Shown piece after piece: positions 39,200 through 54,069 of a DNA stretch of 64,000 bases. The DNA is taken from assembly GCA_951406725.2 (NCBI GenBank), contig OX597827.1, positions 60,326,001 through 60,390,000 of the forward strand, written 5' to 3'. The stretch is from Octopus vulgaris. Taxonomy: Eukaryota. The position numbers and the translations under genes were made by a program. Position 1 is the stretch's first letter; every line of letters starts with the position of its first letter. The notes under the pieces were generated by a model. The model was not told where the DNA came from. It searched no databases and was given only the letters and a program-made list of their open reading frames with translations.

Positions 39200-42100
39200 C
39201 CGACTACGGCTGCTATAATGGTACGATTATAATTGTAACGGCAATGATGGCCGTCTCCCCACGAGCCAATCAAAGCTCAAAAATGATAACATTATCGTAG
39301 CACCAAAATGTTTTTGGAAACTAAAAGGAAAACTAAATCAGTATACCAAATCGCTTGTCCTATGGTTAATCTGGAAGCGCGTCCCCCAGGGAAGAGCCAG
39401 CCTGGGATCGAAAAGTCATCAACTGGCACAAACTCTTCTCCGAATACAGACATGGATGGTCACTTGAACGGGAAATCCCCAACTCGAGCCCTCCAAGTTC
39501 ACCACCACAACCACCACAGAAAGAAAAATGTAAGCGGAACAAATGGACCCGAGAAGAGTATAAAGAAGTAATATACGTTTATTACTATGCATTAGGTAGG
39601 CCATCTCAAGAGAGACACACCGCAAACTCTTACAGTATATGGAGAACACGGAATCAAGACAGTAGGCCCTATTTGGACGAGAACAAATTGGCAAATGTGA
39701 GGAGGGATATCCTTAGAAATAACAGACTCACAGACAGTGAAATAAGCGCGATCAAGCACGCAACGGAAAATGACATAAATATAAGACACAAAGGAAATGA
39801 AGAATCAGATGAACAGTATAGCCCGCCACGAGGCTTAATTGAAAGACTGCCATCTGACCAAAGTACGCAAAGGCCTGAAGATACAAGAAATTCTATTGTG
39901 CCTGTTAAAGATAGCCAGGAAAATGATGAAACAACAGTAACTGAAGATCTCGCATTTGCTGAAGAACACAGAGAGTCTATGGCAGAAATGAGGCAGAAAA
40001 TCCTGAATACGCTTGAAGTTGTAAGACATACAAGTATGAATGATAGAGAACCACTTCATAAACTCTCAAATACAAACCAAAATAAAAAACAAATCCAAAT
40101 TGGCAACTATGTAACAAATGAAATAATACAAGAATTAAAACCTGATTTTACTGAGTTAAATGAAATTATTTACGCTTCTGCTAGGGCAATTGAAACCAGC
40201 TGTATGCCCCCGAAAAAACAAAGAAAACAAACCTGGGAAGAAATCAAACCTGGAGAAGTAAAATTGAAAAAGAGATTGAATTTATGAGAGGGGAAATATC
40301 AATATTAAATTAACTAATATGTGGAAATGATGTAAGATCCAGAACAGGAAGAAAGATGAAGAGAAAATTTGGATCCTCACCAAGAGAAGAACTGATATCA
40401 ATAAAAGAAACGCTGAAACAAAAAGTCCAAACAAAAGCCCAAAGAATACGAAGATTTGAGAAGAGAAACAAGTTTTACAAGCAAAATAAGCTGTTCACAT
40501 CCAATGCCAAAAAATTCTACAGAGAAATAGGGAAGGAGAAAGTAACCGTTAAAGACCCCCTCCCATGGAAGAAGTTCAAAACTTTTGGAAAAGGATTTGG
40601 AGTGACAAGAAGACGTACAACATAAATGCAGACTGGATTATACAAACTGAAGGATCTACCAAAATTTACAACAAGCATGGGAAGACATCACAATAGCAGA
40701 CCTAAGAAAGGCACTCACGAAGGCCCATAATTGGAAATCCCCCGGTAAAGATAGGGTGCCTGAATTTCTGGCTCGCATCGCTCCCATGCGCACACGGTAA
40801 GCTAGTTCAGCTGCTCAATGGAATTATGAGAGACCCAAAGAAAACACCTGAATGGTTAGCAAGTGGTATTACTTACCTACTCCCAAAGAATAACGAAACC
40901 AACCTTCCAAAAAACTATCGGCCTATAACCTGTCTATCCACCACGTATAAAATCCTAACATCTATCCTGGCGGAGAAAACATATGCATTCATGGAGAAGA
41001 ACGATATTTTCCCCATTGAACAAAAGGGTGCCGCCGAGGCTCATACGGATGCAAAGATCAACTGCTAATTAATCGTATGATCCTTGAGAACTGTCACAAC
41101 AAGCGCAGAAATCTCAGCTCCGCATGGATTGACTATAAAATGGCCTTCGACAGTATACCGCATCCATGGATCTTGAGATCGCTGGACATCTTCAAAATTT
41201 CCCCTGTGATTTCAAACTTCCTGAAGCACAATATGTCGTTGTGGAATACGAATCTCCAATTATACCACTCTAATGGAGTACTTGCCTCAGAAAATATAAA
41301 CATCAACTGTGGAATTTTTCAAGGTGACTCACTTTCACCTTTAATATTCTGCATAGCCCTAATACCCCTTACAAGTGAATTAAACAGAACAGGGTATGGG
41401 TATAAAATAGCCAATAAAAAAATAAGCCATCTATTTTATATGGATGACTTAAAACTCTATGGTAAAGACAATAATGAACTTGAAGGCCTATTGCGCACTG
41501 TGAAAGCATTCAGCGATGACATCGGGATGGAGTTTGGACTTGAGAAGTGTGCCAAGGCCACTTTCCAGAAAGGGAAAGTGAAGACCACAAATTCAGTCGT
41601 GTTAGATGTTGACACAGTCATAAGAGAGCTTGAGCAAGAACAAACATACAAATATTTAGGGATAAATGAAGGCTCTGGTATTCAGCATGCAAGCATGAAA
41701 GAGAAGATCAGGAAGGAATGTTATAGGAGAGTTCGTGCAGTCCTGAAATCTGAACTAAATGCACGTAACAAGGTGTTAGCTATAAATTTCTTAGCAGTTC
41801 CAGTTGTTACTTATAGCTACAATGTGTTGAACTGGAATATGAGTGAAGTAAAGAATATAGATAGGAAAATACGCAAGCTGCTGAGTTGTAATAGGATGCA
41901 CCACCCAAAGGCAGACGTAGATCGCCTTTACCTTCCCAGAGCCCAAGGAGGTCGAGGCCTGATCCAATTTGAACTAGCTTACAAAACAACCACAATTGGA
42001 CTGGCCAAATATCTCGAAATAACGAATGACTGGATGCTAAAGCTCGTGGAAAATCACGAGAGACGAAAGAAGCTTCATTCTATCATAAAGGAAAGCAAAA

Positions 42101-43157
42101 AATTTGCTATTGATCTCGTGCAGGATACCCAAACTGAACAACCCGAGGGAAGTATGGCAACTATTGTTGCAAAGAAGGTGAAAATAATGGCAACGAAAAA
42201 AGCGCACGAGCAATTGGCTGATAGGTGGGAGGAGAAACCTCTGCACGGCAAATAAGCGGCCCGCAGCAAACAAGCTGATGTTGACCAGAAGCAAACCCAT
42301 CAGTGGCTACAGAGCTCAGGGCTAAAAGCAGAGAGCGAAGGTTTCATCCTGGCTGCTCAAGATCAAAGCCTATTAACCCGGAACTACCAGGCCAATGTGA
42401 TGAAAAATGGAGCAGACCCAAAATGCCGATTCTGCAACGACATGATTGAAACAGTGGACCACCTAATCTCTGGATGTAAAGTCTTAGCACCAGTGGAGTA
42501 TAAATTAAGACATGACAGAGTTGGCCAATATCTACACTGGCTAATAAGTCGGCATTACAATATCAAAACTGCCGACAAGTGGTATAATCACCACCCTGAG
42601 GCTGTAACTGAAGGAGAAAATGTAACCATTCTGTGGGACTTTCCAGTACATACAGACCGAACCATCAAGGCCAATAAACCAGATATTGTTGTGAAAGACC
42701 AAAACAATAAAGTTTGCTTATTGATCGACATGAGCATCCCCTGTGATCATAATATCTCAGCGAAAGAGTTTGACAAGCTCAGAAAATATAAAGACCTACT
42801 CATTGAAATTGAGAAAATGTGGCATCTCAAGGCGGTTACAATACCAGTGATCGTAGGAGCACTAGGAATGATCAAGAAGGGAACCGAAAATTATATGAGA
42901 ATGATCCCTGGCTTACCATCCCTGCAAGAAGTGCAAAAGATTGTCTTAACTGGTACATCACACGTATTGAGAAGAGCATTGTCGATGTGAGAACTATTAC
43001 TACCCATGTATTTTAATTTAACTTTAAAAAAAAAAATGAACGAACTATTGTGTTTAGTTTAATGGCCTACCAATGTATACTATGAGTTTCTTTGCCCTAG
43101 GAGTCGGGAAGACACTCGGCAAGAAATGGAAGAAAAATTTGAAAGAAGAAAAAAAAA
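39200..43157 (+). mobile_element. R4/Dong-clade non-LTR retrotransposon, near full length, pseudogenised
   Basis: NYRPITCLSTTYKILT, WIDYKMAFDS, GIFQGDSLSPL, HLFYMDDLKL, CRFCNDMIETVDHLISGC, KPDIVVKD..LLIDMS..KYKDL; several frameshifts, premature TAA at 42253-42255, stop 42988-42990; TAA/TGA-type repeats at both ends. Confidence 0.9.
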
Positions 43158-43429
43158 ATAATAATGATAATGATAATAATAATGATGATGATGATGGTCG
43201 TGGTGGTGGTCGTGGTGGTCGTGGCCGTGGTTGTGGCGACGACGACGACGACAACAATAGTTCTTCCTTTTTTTGGTCATATGGACCGCAAAGAATACAT
43301 TTAGGACAATACAAAGACAGAAGACAATGGGAATTTACATAAACACGTATAAACAATAATAAACAATAAATAACAAATAACAAGAACAGCAAAATTCATC
43401 AATGGTTGAGGAGGCGCCTTTCAAGGATG

Positions 43430-44800
43430 ATAAAGGAAACGCATAGACCCTGAATTACCCTACTCAGCAGGAGTACCATAAATGCTCCTCTATCCTCCGT
43501 ATTCTTCAGCCTAAAGGCAGGACATTCCTCTCAATAGTCACCTTCCTTTTCAAATGGAATTTTTAAATATCGATGAGAGCCTGGCCGAAGTGGAAGTCGT
43601 CTGTCTTTAGTCCTTTCAGTTTCGTTCGCCACACAACCCTTTTCACCAGAGCTACCAAGCAGGAAAAGGTTTGCCCTTCTCAAGCGAAGGAAAGTGGTGG
43701 GGTGATCTTCGCGATGGAGTCGGTTGATAGCCGGATTCATCCTACACATGGTGGCAGCTGTTCGACATAACTTCACAAGTCAGTAATGTTTGAGCACCTT
43801 GTAAACGCGTAGAAGCCGGCCTCGTCACTCATGCGCAGATCGGACAGGTGTGGCTGACAGCACTACAATGCCTGTAGAGTTTATCCCGACCTGACAGTGT
43901 TCTAACTGTCGGGAAAAACAAACCCTGAGTAATTTAACCAGTCCGTCCGTCTGGCACCTTCCGATGCTGTTCGATAGCAAGAACTTGGTTCTCCAGGTGC
44001 TGAGCTGCAGGTCCAATGACTTTCTCCTGGTTAGTCTTTGCTCCTGTCACTGCTTCATATTCTCTTAGAACACTGCCGATCACCTCGATGCATTAGACAT
44101 CCGACATCATTACGGTGTGTCATATAGAAATTTAGATTTGAATCCTAGTTCTTGCGGGATGACCCTCGAAACCGCCAATTCTGCTGTAGTGACCCGAGAG
44201 TCAGAACTTACAGAAGGGAAGAGAGGGGACCCCTTTGATGGACTGACCGCATAACAAATGAACAGTTTCAACAGGTGACCATTTACTCAGACCATCGAGC
44301 AAATGCCACTACATAACACATCGATCCTGCTTCTGAAAACGAGCATGAGACCAGCCGCCTTCAGGACAGCTAGTAGGTAGTGATCTTTGACCCTTTCGAA
44401 AGCTCTTGACTGATCTAAACTGACCAGAATTCCACCCACCCCCATCCATACCAGGTTCTTTACCCACTCTTTCTTTGACGTATTGTGTGAGATGGAGGTT
44501 ATCGAGGATAGATCTGTTTGGTATGGCGCATGTCTGTGTCTCATCTACCAGCGTATCGAGGACAAACGCCAACTTAGATAGCAGATTGGCCAAAATCTTC
44601 AACTCTGCATTTAGTAGAGCCGCAGGCCTAAAGTTGTTGAAATCATCCCCCCATCGGGTCCTTTCTCATCAGCACCACCACACCTCTTTTCGTAGGACTG
44701 GGAACTCTCCTGCTCTGATGCCAGCTGCAGTAGACATCAGCCAAGATTCCTCTGAACATGTCTGTTGTATAAAGACAAAACTAGCAGGATAGACCATCCA
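43430..44800 (-). pseudogene. Degenerate L1/Tx1-type LINE reverse transcriptase
   Basis: FRPAALLNAELKILANLL, TLVDETQTCAIPNRSILDNLHL, ILVSLDQSRAFERV..YLLAVLKAAG. Confidence 0.75.
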
Positions 44801-45316
44801 GCCTCAGCGGCTTCTCCTTCATGCCGCCAGCCTTCGCTTGCCGTATTCTATCAGCTGTTACCGGCCTTTCGTAGAAATCCGCATCCCTAGTCGAGAGCAG
44901 TGGCAGGCAATCGAGATTGACAGTAAGGTTCCTTCGTAGATATTACAAATAAGTCGATCGCCCATTCCCTGCAAGGGGAAGCGAAGACTATTAAAAATAT
45001 CAGAAAGATATTATTCGACCTGGTGTCATGGCACTCCCATAAATGCATTAATTGCTCAGAAAGAAATCCACGATACCCTTCCCCAGCCGAAAGAGAAAAG
45101 TGCCTGCAAAAAGTGTGGATTTCCGTAGTTTATATCTGCCAAAGAAAGCAATATGTGACTGTAGTAGCTATAGCTGTGGTTGCTAACCAATATGGGACTG
45201 TGTTAGCAACGAAGAGGAAGTGTGCAGGGTGGCCACAATGACCTGCTCCTCGGAGCAGTTCGTGATGCTCCCTTTATATATGAGATGTAATTTGACCAAG
45301 GTCAGGGTACTTCGAT

Positions 45317-45679
45317 ATGTTGTTCATATATGAGATGTCGTATGACCCAGGTCAGGGTATCAAAGCACCTCCTCATAGGGACCAGGCGATACTAGAGGGG
45401 TACGGGGAGATAATAAGCATGAAAACAAGCCCCCAACAAAACAGAACAGAAGTGTCAATGGAGTTCCAGGTTTTGATTGCTCCGGAAGAAGTTCATGCTA
45501 TTCCAGATGCTTTTTCCTGTTTTGGAGAGTGCAAGAAGATGCGGATTGTTGTGGAGGACAGAAAGCTCAGATGTTATATTTGTAACAAGAGTGATCACCT
45601 AAGAGCTTTCTGTCCCTCTGTGGAGAAGACGAAAGAGGTGCCTCATTCTGCACCACTATTCTCAGCGCCCCGACAGTAG
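45317..45679 (+). pseudogene. LINE ORF1/gag-like fragment with a CCHC zinc knuckle
   Basis: MRIVVEDRKLRCYICNKSDHLRAFCP (C-X2-C-X4-H-X4-C). Confidence 0.65.
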
Positions 45680-45866
45680 AGCTCTGGTTCCGGAGTTCCA
45701 GGGTGTTGAGGAGTGTGGAACCACTTCTTAACCACTATTGGTCCCAGGCCTACTCTGACCCGGAGTACTGGCACTTGGCAGGGTCCCACCTATGATTTAG
45801 CTAACATATGTGAGGACATTCCATGTAAGCGCGGGGAAGCAGAAATAAATACATACATACATACAT

Positions 45867-45923
<57 letters not shown>

Positions 45924-45932
45924 TACATACAT

Positions 45933-45965
<33 letters not shown>

Positions 45966-46195
45966 TACATACATACATACATACATACATACATACATAC
46001 ATACATACATACATACTATTGGATTTTACTCATAAGGTATTGGAATCTTATATGTATACCAATCTGCCTAAAAAAACGGATCTCCAAATGCAATAACCCT
46101 ACATATCTCACATCTATTTTCTTTTATTTCCTCCACCTCACTCTCTATTTTATATCTTATCTAAATTAACTATTTCTTAACCATCCTCTCAAACC

Positions 46196-46243
46196 GTCCC
46201 CGATAAAAGGATATAATAAATATCCTGGAAACAGCTGTAAGAC
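46196..46243 (+). ncRNA. Degenerate type-I hammerhead ribozyme
   Basis: GTCC CCGATAA A AGGATA TAATAAA TATCCT G GAAAC AGCT GTA AGAC; palindromic ACAGCTGT helix III; two transitions in the CUGAUGA box. Confidence 0.55.
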
Positions 46244-46319
46244 CTTCTATCTACAAATGTTCTAAAATCTACACAGCCTGTTTTTTTTATCTCATTACGG
46301 AAAAATTTTTTGTCTATCT

Positions 46320-47307
<988 letters not shown>

Positions 47308-48689
47308 AAAACACTGCGATATATAGTTTCATGAAGTAAGATCATTTTCAGTCACCGAACAAGCAGTAGTAATACATAATTGGCAGAACTGTGTGACAAA
47401 CCAGGCAATATCTAAGCTGGAGACTCTTAATTTCAGGTCGAATTTTTGTCAGAGCCTCATACGAAGCCGAACAGGCGAGGATATTATTGTTCCGTTATAT
47501 TGTTCCGTTCTTAACACGACAATATTCACCAGCTTTTCGATGAAAACTGCCACTGATCTCTTAAAAAATTAACAATTCTACAGGAATCCGTCCGAATGTT
47601 AACGTACGAAAGCAATGAAATATTCAAGGGCCGATCCATCAATCTGACAATTAGTGACCGTTTTTTTTTTCACTTTTGTTTTTGCATGTCTGCTTCTCTT
47701 GTAATTCTGTAAGTTTTCTGTTTTCATTTCTTAGTTTTCACACGCAAGCCAAAACGCAGTTTTTGTTTATAGGTTGATTAAATATTCAGCTCTGAATGAA
47801 CTGTCTCACAAGTTTTGCTGCTTGTTTACGTGAAAGGCAGCAAACTTTCTTGAATACATAACGACAATACGCAGAAGATTTGTAAGAATTACTGATGATG
47901 AGACAGTAAATGATTACTTCTAATACATATACACAAGGTCACGTATACATGATGATGGTTAAGTTAATAGCGAGCCTCTACGTGGTCTCTAAACTGGTTA
48001 GAAATACCAACCAAATCTTCCTTTGTGTGTGCGTTGTGAAAGAGAGAGAGAGAGAGAGAGTGTGTCTACATGTGAGTGTGTGTATATGTATGTGATATTT
48101 TTTTTCTACTGTTGTTCCTGTCTCAGTTTGAAAGTGAAATTAATGTTTATTCTATGTTTTGGGGTGGATTTTTTAATGCGTTTTGATTGAATCTGACCAT
48201 CAAAACTATAGTAAATCGCTTGTTCTTTGGGTAAATCACTCCCAAAACGCTTCGTGAAATGCAAGAGCAGTCTGAGGCTCTTCCAGCCCGGAATCTAAAT
48301 CTTGATGGGTAATGGGTCGGTGGCTTTCATGCACTGCTACATGAGTGAAACAGTGGTGAAGTACAGCTTTCTTGTCAGCATGGCAGAATTGGACAAATGT
48401 CTTGCCAAGTATTTGTATAGATATTTTGACAGAATATCTGGTCTCTCAATCCACTCCTATCCATGCCACCAAAACCTTTCAATATTCCGTGTGTGTATTG
48501 CACTGTTTTCATCCACAAAATTCTTAAAATGTTCATAACCTAAATCATTTATAACTGTGTAGGCAGCCCAAGAATATCGATAAATGACAGAGCAAAGTCC
48601 GATGTACTATGGAATGAGAGGGACGCATGTTGCTTTATCGCGTTTCTCGCGAATGAAGCATGTTAATGCCACAACGAAACATCGTTTGC

Positions 48690-49611
48690 TCATTCGTGGA
48701 GAAGAATTGGTCCTTTTCTATTGACCAATGCTGGCTGTTGTTGTCGGAGTTTCTTGTCCATTTTATCCATTTGCTGACAGTACTTCTCCGCCGTAATGGT
48801 TTCGCCTGGATCCAAAACGCTGTGATGAATGAGACTGGCCGCAGACCACCAAACAGTCACCATGACCTTCTTTTGGAGCAACTTTGGCTTCGGGAAGTGC
48901 CGTGGAGCTTCGTCGGCGTCCAACCACTGAGCTGAGCGTCGCCGGTTGTCGTAAAGAATCCACTGTTCATCGCAAGCCACAATCCGGTCGAGAAAGGGAT
49001 CGTTCTTGTTGCGTGAAAGAAGGGAAGACGATATTTCAAAACGGCGTCTTTTTTTGTTGTTGTTCAATTCGTGCGGCACCCATTTCTCAAGTATTTTTGT
49101 TTTTCCAATCTCTTTCAAGTGGTTGGAAATTGTCGTATACGTTACGTCTAATTCAGAAGCAATCTCTCGAACAGTTGTGCGTGGATTGGCTTCGACTAAG
49201 GTTCTTAGTTGATCGTTGTCAACAGCCGATGGCCGACCACTACGCTTATCATCTTCAAGACTCTCGTCACCGCTACGAAATTTCTTGAACCACCATTGTG
49301 CTGTACGTTCATTACTGGTTCCTGGGCCAAATGCATTGTTGATATCGCGAGCTGTTTCAGCAGCTTTTCGGCCTAGCTTGAACTGGAATAAGAAAATTGT
49401 GCGAATTTGCTTTTTGTTCATGTTGTATTCAAGGTTCCGGGAAAAAAATGGCCTAATTATTCAAAAAGAAAAAGAGTAACACGATTAGATAGAGTGAAAA
49501 ACGAGCTTTAAAATTATATGTAAAGTCAAAGTAATTTAACGAAAATTAATTTTGAAATACATTTAAAACCAAAATTTAAAATTCCGCAAGAACTTTCTTG
49601 ACAACCTAATA
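48690..49611 (-). mobile_element. Mariner (cecropia/Hsmar1-like), 3'-truncated, 243-aa open transposase frame 49421-48690
   Basis: KKQIRTIFLFQFKLGRKAAETARDINNAFGPGTSNERTAQWWFKKF, KWVPHEL, IVACDEQWILYDN, KKVMVTVWWSAA, GPILLH; TIR TATTAGGTTGTCAAGAAAGTTCTTGCGG at the right end. Confidence 0.92.
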
Positions 49612-49697
49612 CATACATAGAATATCGAAAAATAAGTGGGTGTTCGACTGTTATGACGAGTCTTTGACATACCTAGGGGATTAGAATAATGGACTAG

Positions 49698-50539
49698 CCG
49701 AACTCTTATAAAAAGTAGAGGTCGGTAAGAGCCAGTGTGTTAGTTCTGCTTTGAACTCGCACCAAACGCGTAAGTTGCCTAATGGTGGTTGTTCGAATTA
49801 CTGTATGTTGATTCCAGTGGCAGTTTGTATATAGGTACTGCGAAACTGCAGTGCTCTCTATTTCCACTCGATATTATCGATAACATTCAATATATAATGA
49901 GTCCTTTTTTTCTTTAATTCTTTCTTTATACTTGTACATTATGCAATCCTTAAGCTTAATGTCAGTAGCCATCAACTAGTTTATGAAAAAATACAAAAAT
50001 CCTTGTGTAGAACTGTGCGCGTCACAGTTCCAGCGACGCGGTGTTTGGCTGTTGTGCGCATGCTCACATGTCTGAGATAGGAAACTTCACGCTAGGGAGA
50101 GATAGCACTGTCTTTCACGCAGTGGCGGTGAAAGGTAATGTTTCTTTTTGACACTCCGCATGTGTTGAGCTTAAAAACGTGTTTATATTCTTGAAGTGTA
50201 GAATTAGATTATAATCCTCCTACCAGCTTCAGTGTTGCTACCTGGATTTGAAAAATAAGGCAGATTCCCCGCCCCCTTATCTTGTGATTTAGGGTGGGGG
50301 TTGAAAAACAAGGGGGGATTCGCGGTGGTGTTCTGTGAACAAATTAAATACACTACTTGGCAGTGACTAAAACGCGAACCAATCAAGTTGATGTATAAAT
50401 ATTCTTTTCATATGTTTGTTTCCTTTTAAACAATATTAAAACAGCGGCTAAAAATTGTCTGAAGCACCCCCACCCCAACTAATTTTATCTACGAGCTGCC
50501 ACTGGTTGGTTCCGACCGCTACTCTTTATAAGAGTTCAG
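49698..50539. mobile_element. Putative MITE with ~40-bp imperfect TIRs and an inner CAGTGGCAG-ended unit (49815-50505)
   Basis: CCGAACTCTTATAAAAAGTAGAGGTCGG..CCAGTG versus CACTGG..CCGACCGCTACTCTTTATAAGAGTTCAG. Confidence 0.55.
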
Positions 50540-50773
50540 TTAATTCATAGGTGAGCGTTGAGACGGTCCAGGTGGGTGCTGGTGCCTAAGGGGGCCGAGG
50601 GTAGAAAAAAGAGGCGTTGAGAAGAAGGCAGTGGCTTGGGGGACGCTATGAATTTATTATAATATCATTATAGTATTGTATACAAATTATATATTATATT
50701 AAATATCAAATGATTCATATATATATATATATATATATATAAATTAGTAAAATATTAAATATTTATTTATACA

Positions 50774-51166
50774 TAGGCGCAGGAGTGGGTGTGTGGTAAG
50801 TAGCTTGCTTACCAACCACATGGTTCTGGGTTCAGGCCCACTGCGTGGCACCTTGGGCAAGTGTCTTCTACTATAGCCACGGGCCGACCAAAGCCTTGTG
50901 AGGGGATTTGGTAGACGGAAACTGAAAGAAGCTCGTCGTATATATGTGTGTGTGTCTGTCTGTTTGTCTCCCCAACATCGCTTGACAACCGAAGCTGGCG
51001 TGTTTACGTCTCCGTAACTTAGCGGTTCAGCAGAAAAAAACGATAGAATAAGTACTAGGCTTACAAAGAATAAGTCCTGGGATCGATTTGCTCGACTAAA
51101 GGCGGTGCTCCAGCATGGCCGCAGTCAAATGACTGAAACAAGTAAAAAGAGTAAAAGAGTAAAAGA
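50774..51166 (+). mobile_element. SINE family A, full length (reference copy)
   Basis: AGGCGCAGGAGTGGGTGTGTGGTAAG (A-box-like) ... GGGTTCAGGCCC (B-box-like) ... internal (TG)n ... tail GTAAAAAGAGTAAAAGAGTAAAAG. Confidence 0.92.
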
Positions 51167-51649
51167 CATAAAAATAGGAGTGGGGCGCTGTGGGTATTAT
51201 GTGGCTATGAGTGGGGCGGTGGCCCAAAAGGTTAGAGAACCTCTGCGGCTAATCCATTTTTCCAATCCGCCAGGGGTGTCAACGATTCTCGCCACAACAT
51301 TAACAAAGAAATCTGCCAACCAACACGTACTGTGCAAATAAAGTCTGTAAATAGAACAGTATGATTAAAGCATGTCTTTGTAGTTAATAAGTTCTCTTCG
51401 CAACCATGTGGGCTTGGGTTCGATCCCGTTCGTGGAACCTTGAACTAATATTTTGTGAGTTTCGTTTCGTTGGTGGAAATTATGTAGAAATCTGTTGTAT
51501 ACATGTGTATGTATGTATGTATGTATGTATGTATGTATGTATGTATGTATGTATGTATGTATGTATGTATGTTTGTATGTATGTATGTATGTATGTATGC
51601 ATGTATGTATGTATGTATGTATGTATGTATGTATGTATGTATGTATGTA

Positions 51650-52990
51650 TTAATGGACCCTCTACTAGACAGTTCTACCTGAACTTCGGGAGTCAAGTGT
51701 ATCATATGGTTGGTGAAGTCTGTGGACGCGCTCGCAACCTCTACATGCGTGGTGAGAAGCCACATCCTACTCGAGGTGACCTTCGAGCAGCGGTTCAGGA
51801 GGTATATATCAACAGGCCGACATCATAGCAATTGAACACTGTGGTCCTGCGTGGATGAATACACCAGCTCAAGTTAGCTGAGCACTATAGAAGTCAGACG
51901 AGGACTCAGAATTTACTGGTTTAACATTACCCGATGTATATCGTGGACACAATGCATCGTATAGACTGAGAGATGAACGGCAGCCTTGAAACCTCCAGGA
52001 GGTCTACCTCCTCACTAGCTACTGGAGTGGAACGAGACCACTCTGTGGAAACCTCAATACAATTGTATGAGGGGTCAAGCTCAGCCTTGCCCGATAGCGT
52101 TCTACTGCTAATGAGAGAAGAAATCGAGGCAAAATCACTCTACAGAAAAGCACGTGTGTTGGTACTGGAGTGTAAAAATATTATACCAGACAGGATAACT
52201 ATATAATATCATCCAAAAAATATTGGTGTTAAATGCAACAAAGTTGTCCTCACAGAGACACACTGGATTGGGTCTGGCCTTTTCATTACAGCAGATGGCA
52301 ACCTCAGAAGGAGAGCAGTACAAAACTGGAATAGGAGTCATCCCTTCATGAGAAGTATCGCACAGTGATCACACGTCGAGCTCTTAACGAGAGGTTCATA
52401 TACATCTCATTTCTCCAGATGTATGTTCCTTTTACAGATGCAAACAAATCCAGAACACCTTGAACATTGGCTCAAGCTAAGGCATACTCCTTATAGCAAG
52501 AGACTTCGATATCGAAATAGGAACAGAACCGACAGATGTGTATGTTGAAAATTTGGATTGGGAACAGCAAACAATGCGTGAGAGCGACTTTTAGAGTTTT
52601 GCCGTTATAACAACTTCTTCATCATGAATGTTGCATTCCAACATCACGCAAAGAGAAAATATATCTGAGAGCCTCCAGGAGGCAGATAAAAAAAGTCAAA
52701 TTGATTACATTCTCCTGATAGAGAGAAGATGAATGAGATGTGTCACAAACTCTTGAACCCACCCAGAAGTCGATTGTCTCTGGACACATGTGGTATGCGC
52801 TGCAGTCAGGCCGGGAATCAAAAATGTAAAACATAGATCACAGTCAGTAAAGCTCAACATTGATTCTCTGAACAACGCCAATGCAAACTAACTTCACTGC
52901 AGTAAACAAGTTTGAGACATTGCATCTGACTGTTCAGCAGAAGATATGTTTCTGACAATAAGGATTGTTATAGAAACCACCGCGTAAGCC
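51650..52990 (+). pseudogene. Degenerate RTE-type LINE 5' region (AP endonuclease domain)
   Basis: Frameshifted VVLTETHWIGSGLFITADG, LQMYVP, DFDIEIG, FGLGTANNA*ERL..FCRYNNFFIMN, YI*EPPGG..SQIDYIL. Confidence 0.65.
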
Positions 52991-54069
52991 AGAAGCCATT
53001 TCCTTCTTTAAATAAATTTGTTTCTTCTTTACAGAAGAAATTCAGATAAGGATAGCTTGCCGAGTGGACATTTCTAAGTAATACAGAGAAAAGTGGATGG
53101 ATGTCTTTCTCACGAGCATTTCAGTAAAACATTAAACGACAACGTATTAGCGTCTACATGGCCGCACGACCTGTTAAAAATAATAGCTAAATTCCCTCTA
53201 ATCACATCAAGCCGTTTAAAAAAAAATGAAGGACACATTAGATAATGTACATTCTTTCGGTTCTGGATCGCAAAATGAAGGTAGAAATATTGACATAATT
53301 TGGCAGTTTCCAAGTGGTTATATCGAATAAGCACCCAACAATTCTTTTCGCTTTCTTGTTCTTTTTTTCTCAAAAAATTTCAGATCTTATTAAATTTTTT
53401 CTGACCACTTGAAGTTCAACTTTTCTGTAGATTATTTTCAAAAAAGAATGTAGTCCTGATGTAGTTTGCATGTTTATGGCGAAAATCACATTCATTTTTT
53501 TTTTCCTAGAAGTCAATAATAAAGAAACTTCAAGCATTTAAAGTTATGTGATTTTAGTCAATCGAAAGCTTCCATTACTGACATATCTTGTATGCTGATC
53601 TCCATTGCAATGGAGATTAGTACCCACGAAGCCGTTATATGGTCTCTCAACCCGCAAGAAATAGCAATAAATTCTTACTTAAACTACATCGTAACGTGCA
53701 AAAAGAAAGAACGAAACCTTGTGCCACATCATCGTTTATTTCTTCACTTGAGGCAGGCCCAAATACTTTCCACTTGTTAATTGTCGATAATAACATTTAA
53801 ATTCAAGTCATGTAATTTTTCATCGATCTCAAGATCCTCAAAACTCATATTGGATATAACAGATTGATACTAAATGTTCTTTCTTTCTTCTTATGATAAA
53901 ATTGTAAACAAACTTTTGATGGCGGAGAAAGAATTGGTTACCACCTTTTTCTTTAAACCAATTCTTTGTCCATCATCAAACTTTGTTCTTCTTTTTTAGA
54001 CTACATACTTTTTAATTAATCTCCAGAAAGAAAGCAGCGAGCTGGCAGAAGCGGCATTTCATCTGGCTT

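Noticed and set aside
39200-39310. HDV-like ribozyme at the 5' end of the Dong-like LINE
   Set aside because: Short hairpins exist (GAGC..GCTC; ACGGC/GCCGT) but I could not fit the nested double pseudoknot by eye
47773-47881. Possible small exon with AG/GT boundaries and a short hairpin
   Set aside because: Splice-like motifs are common in AT-rich DNA; no ORF or homology support
48690-49421. Host SETMAR gene
   Set aside because: No SET domain, has a TIR and is truncated; SETMAR is an anthropoid primate fusion, so this is a free mariner
50774-50850. tRNA-like sequences at SINE heads (also ~140-208, 430-480, 23043-23110)
   Set aside because: A/B-box-like motifs only, no complete cloverleaf, continuous with multicopy SINE bodies
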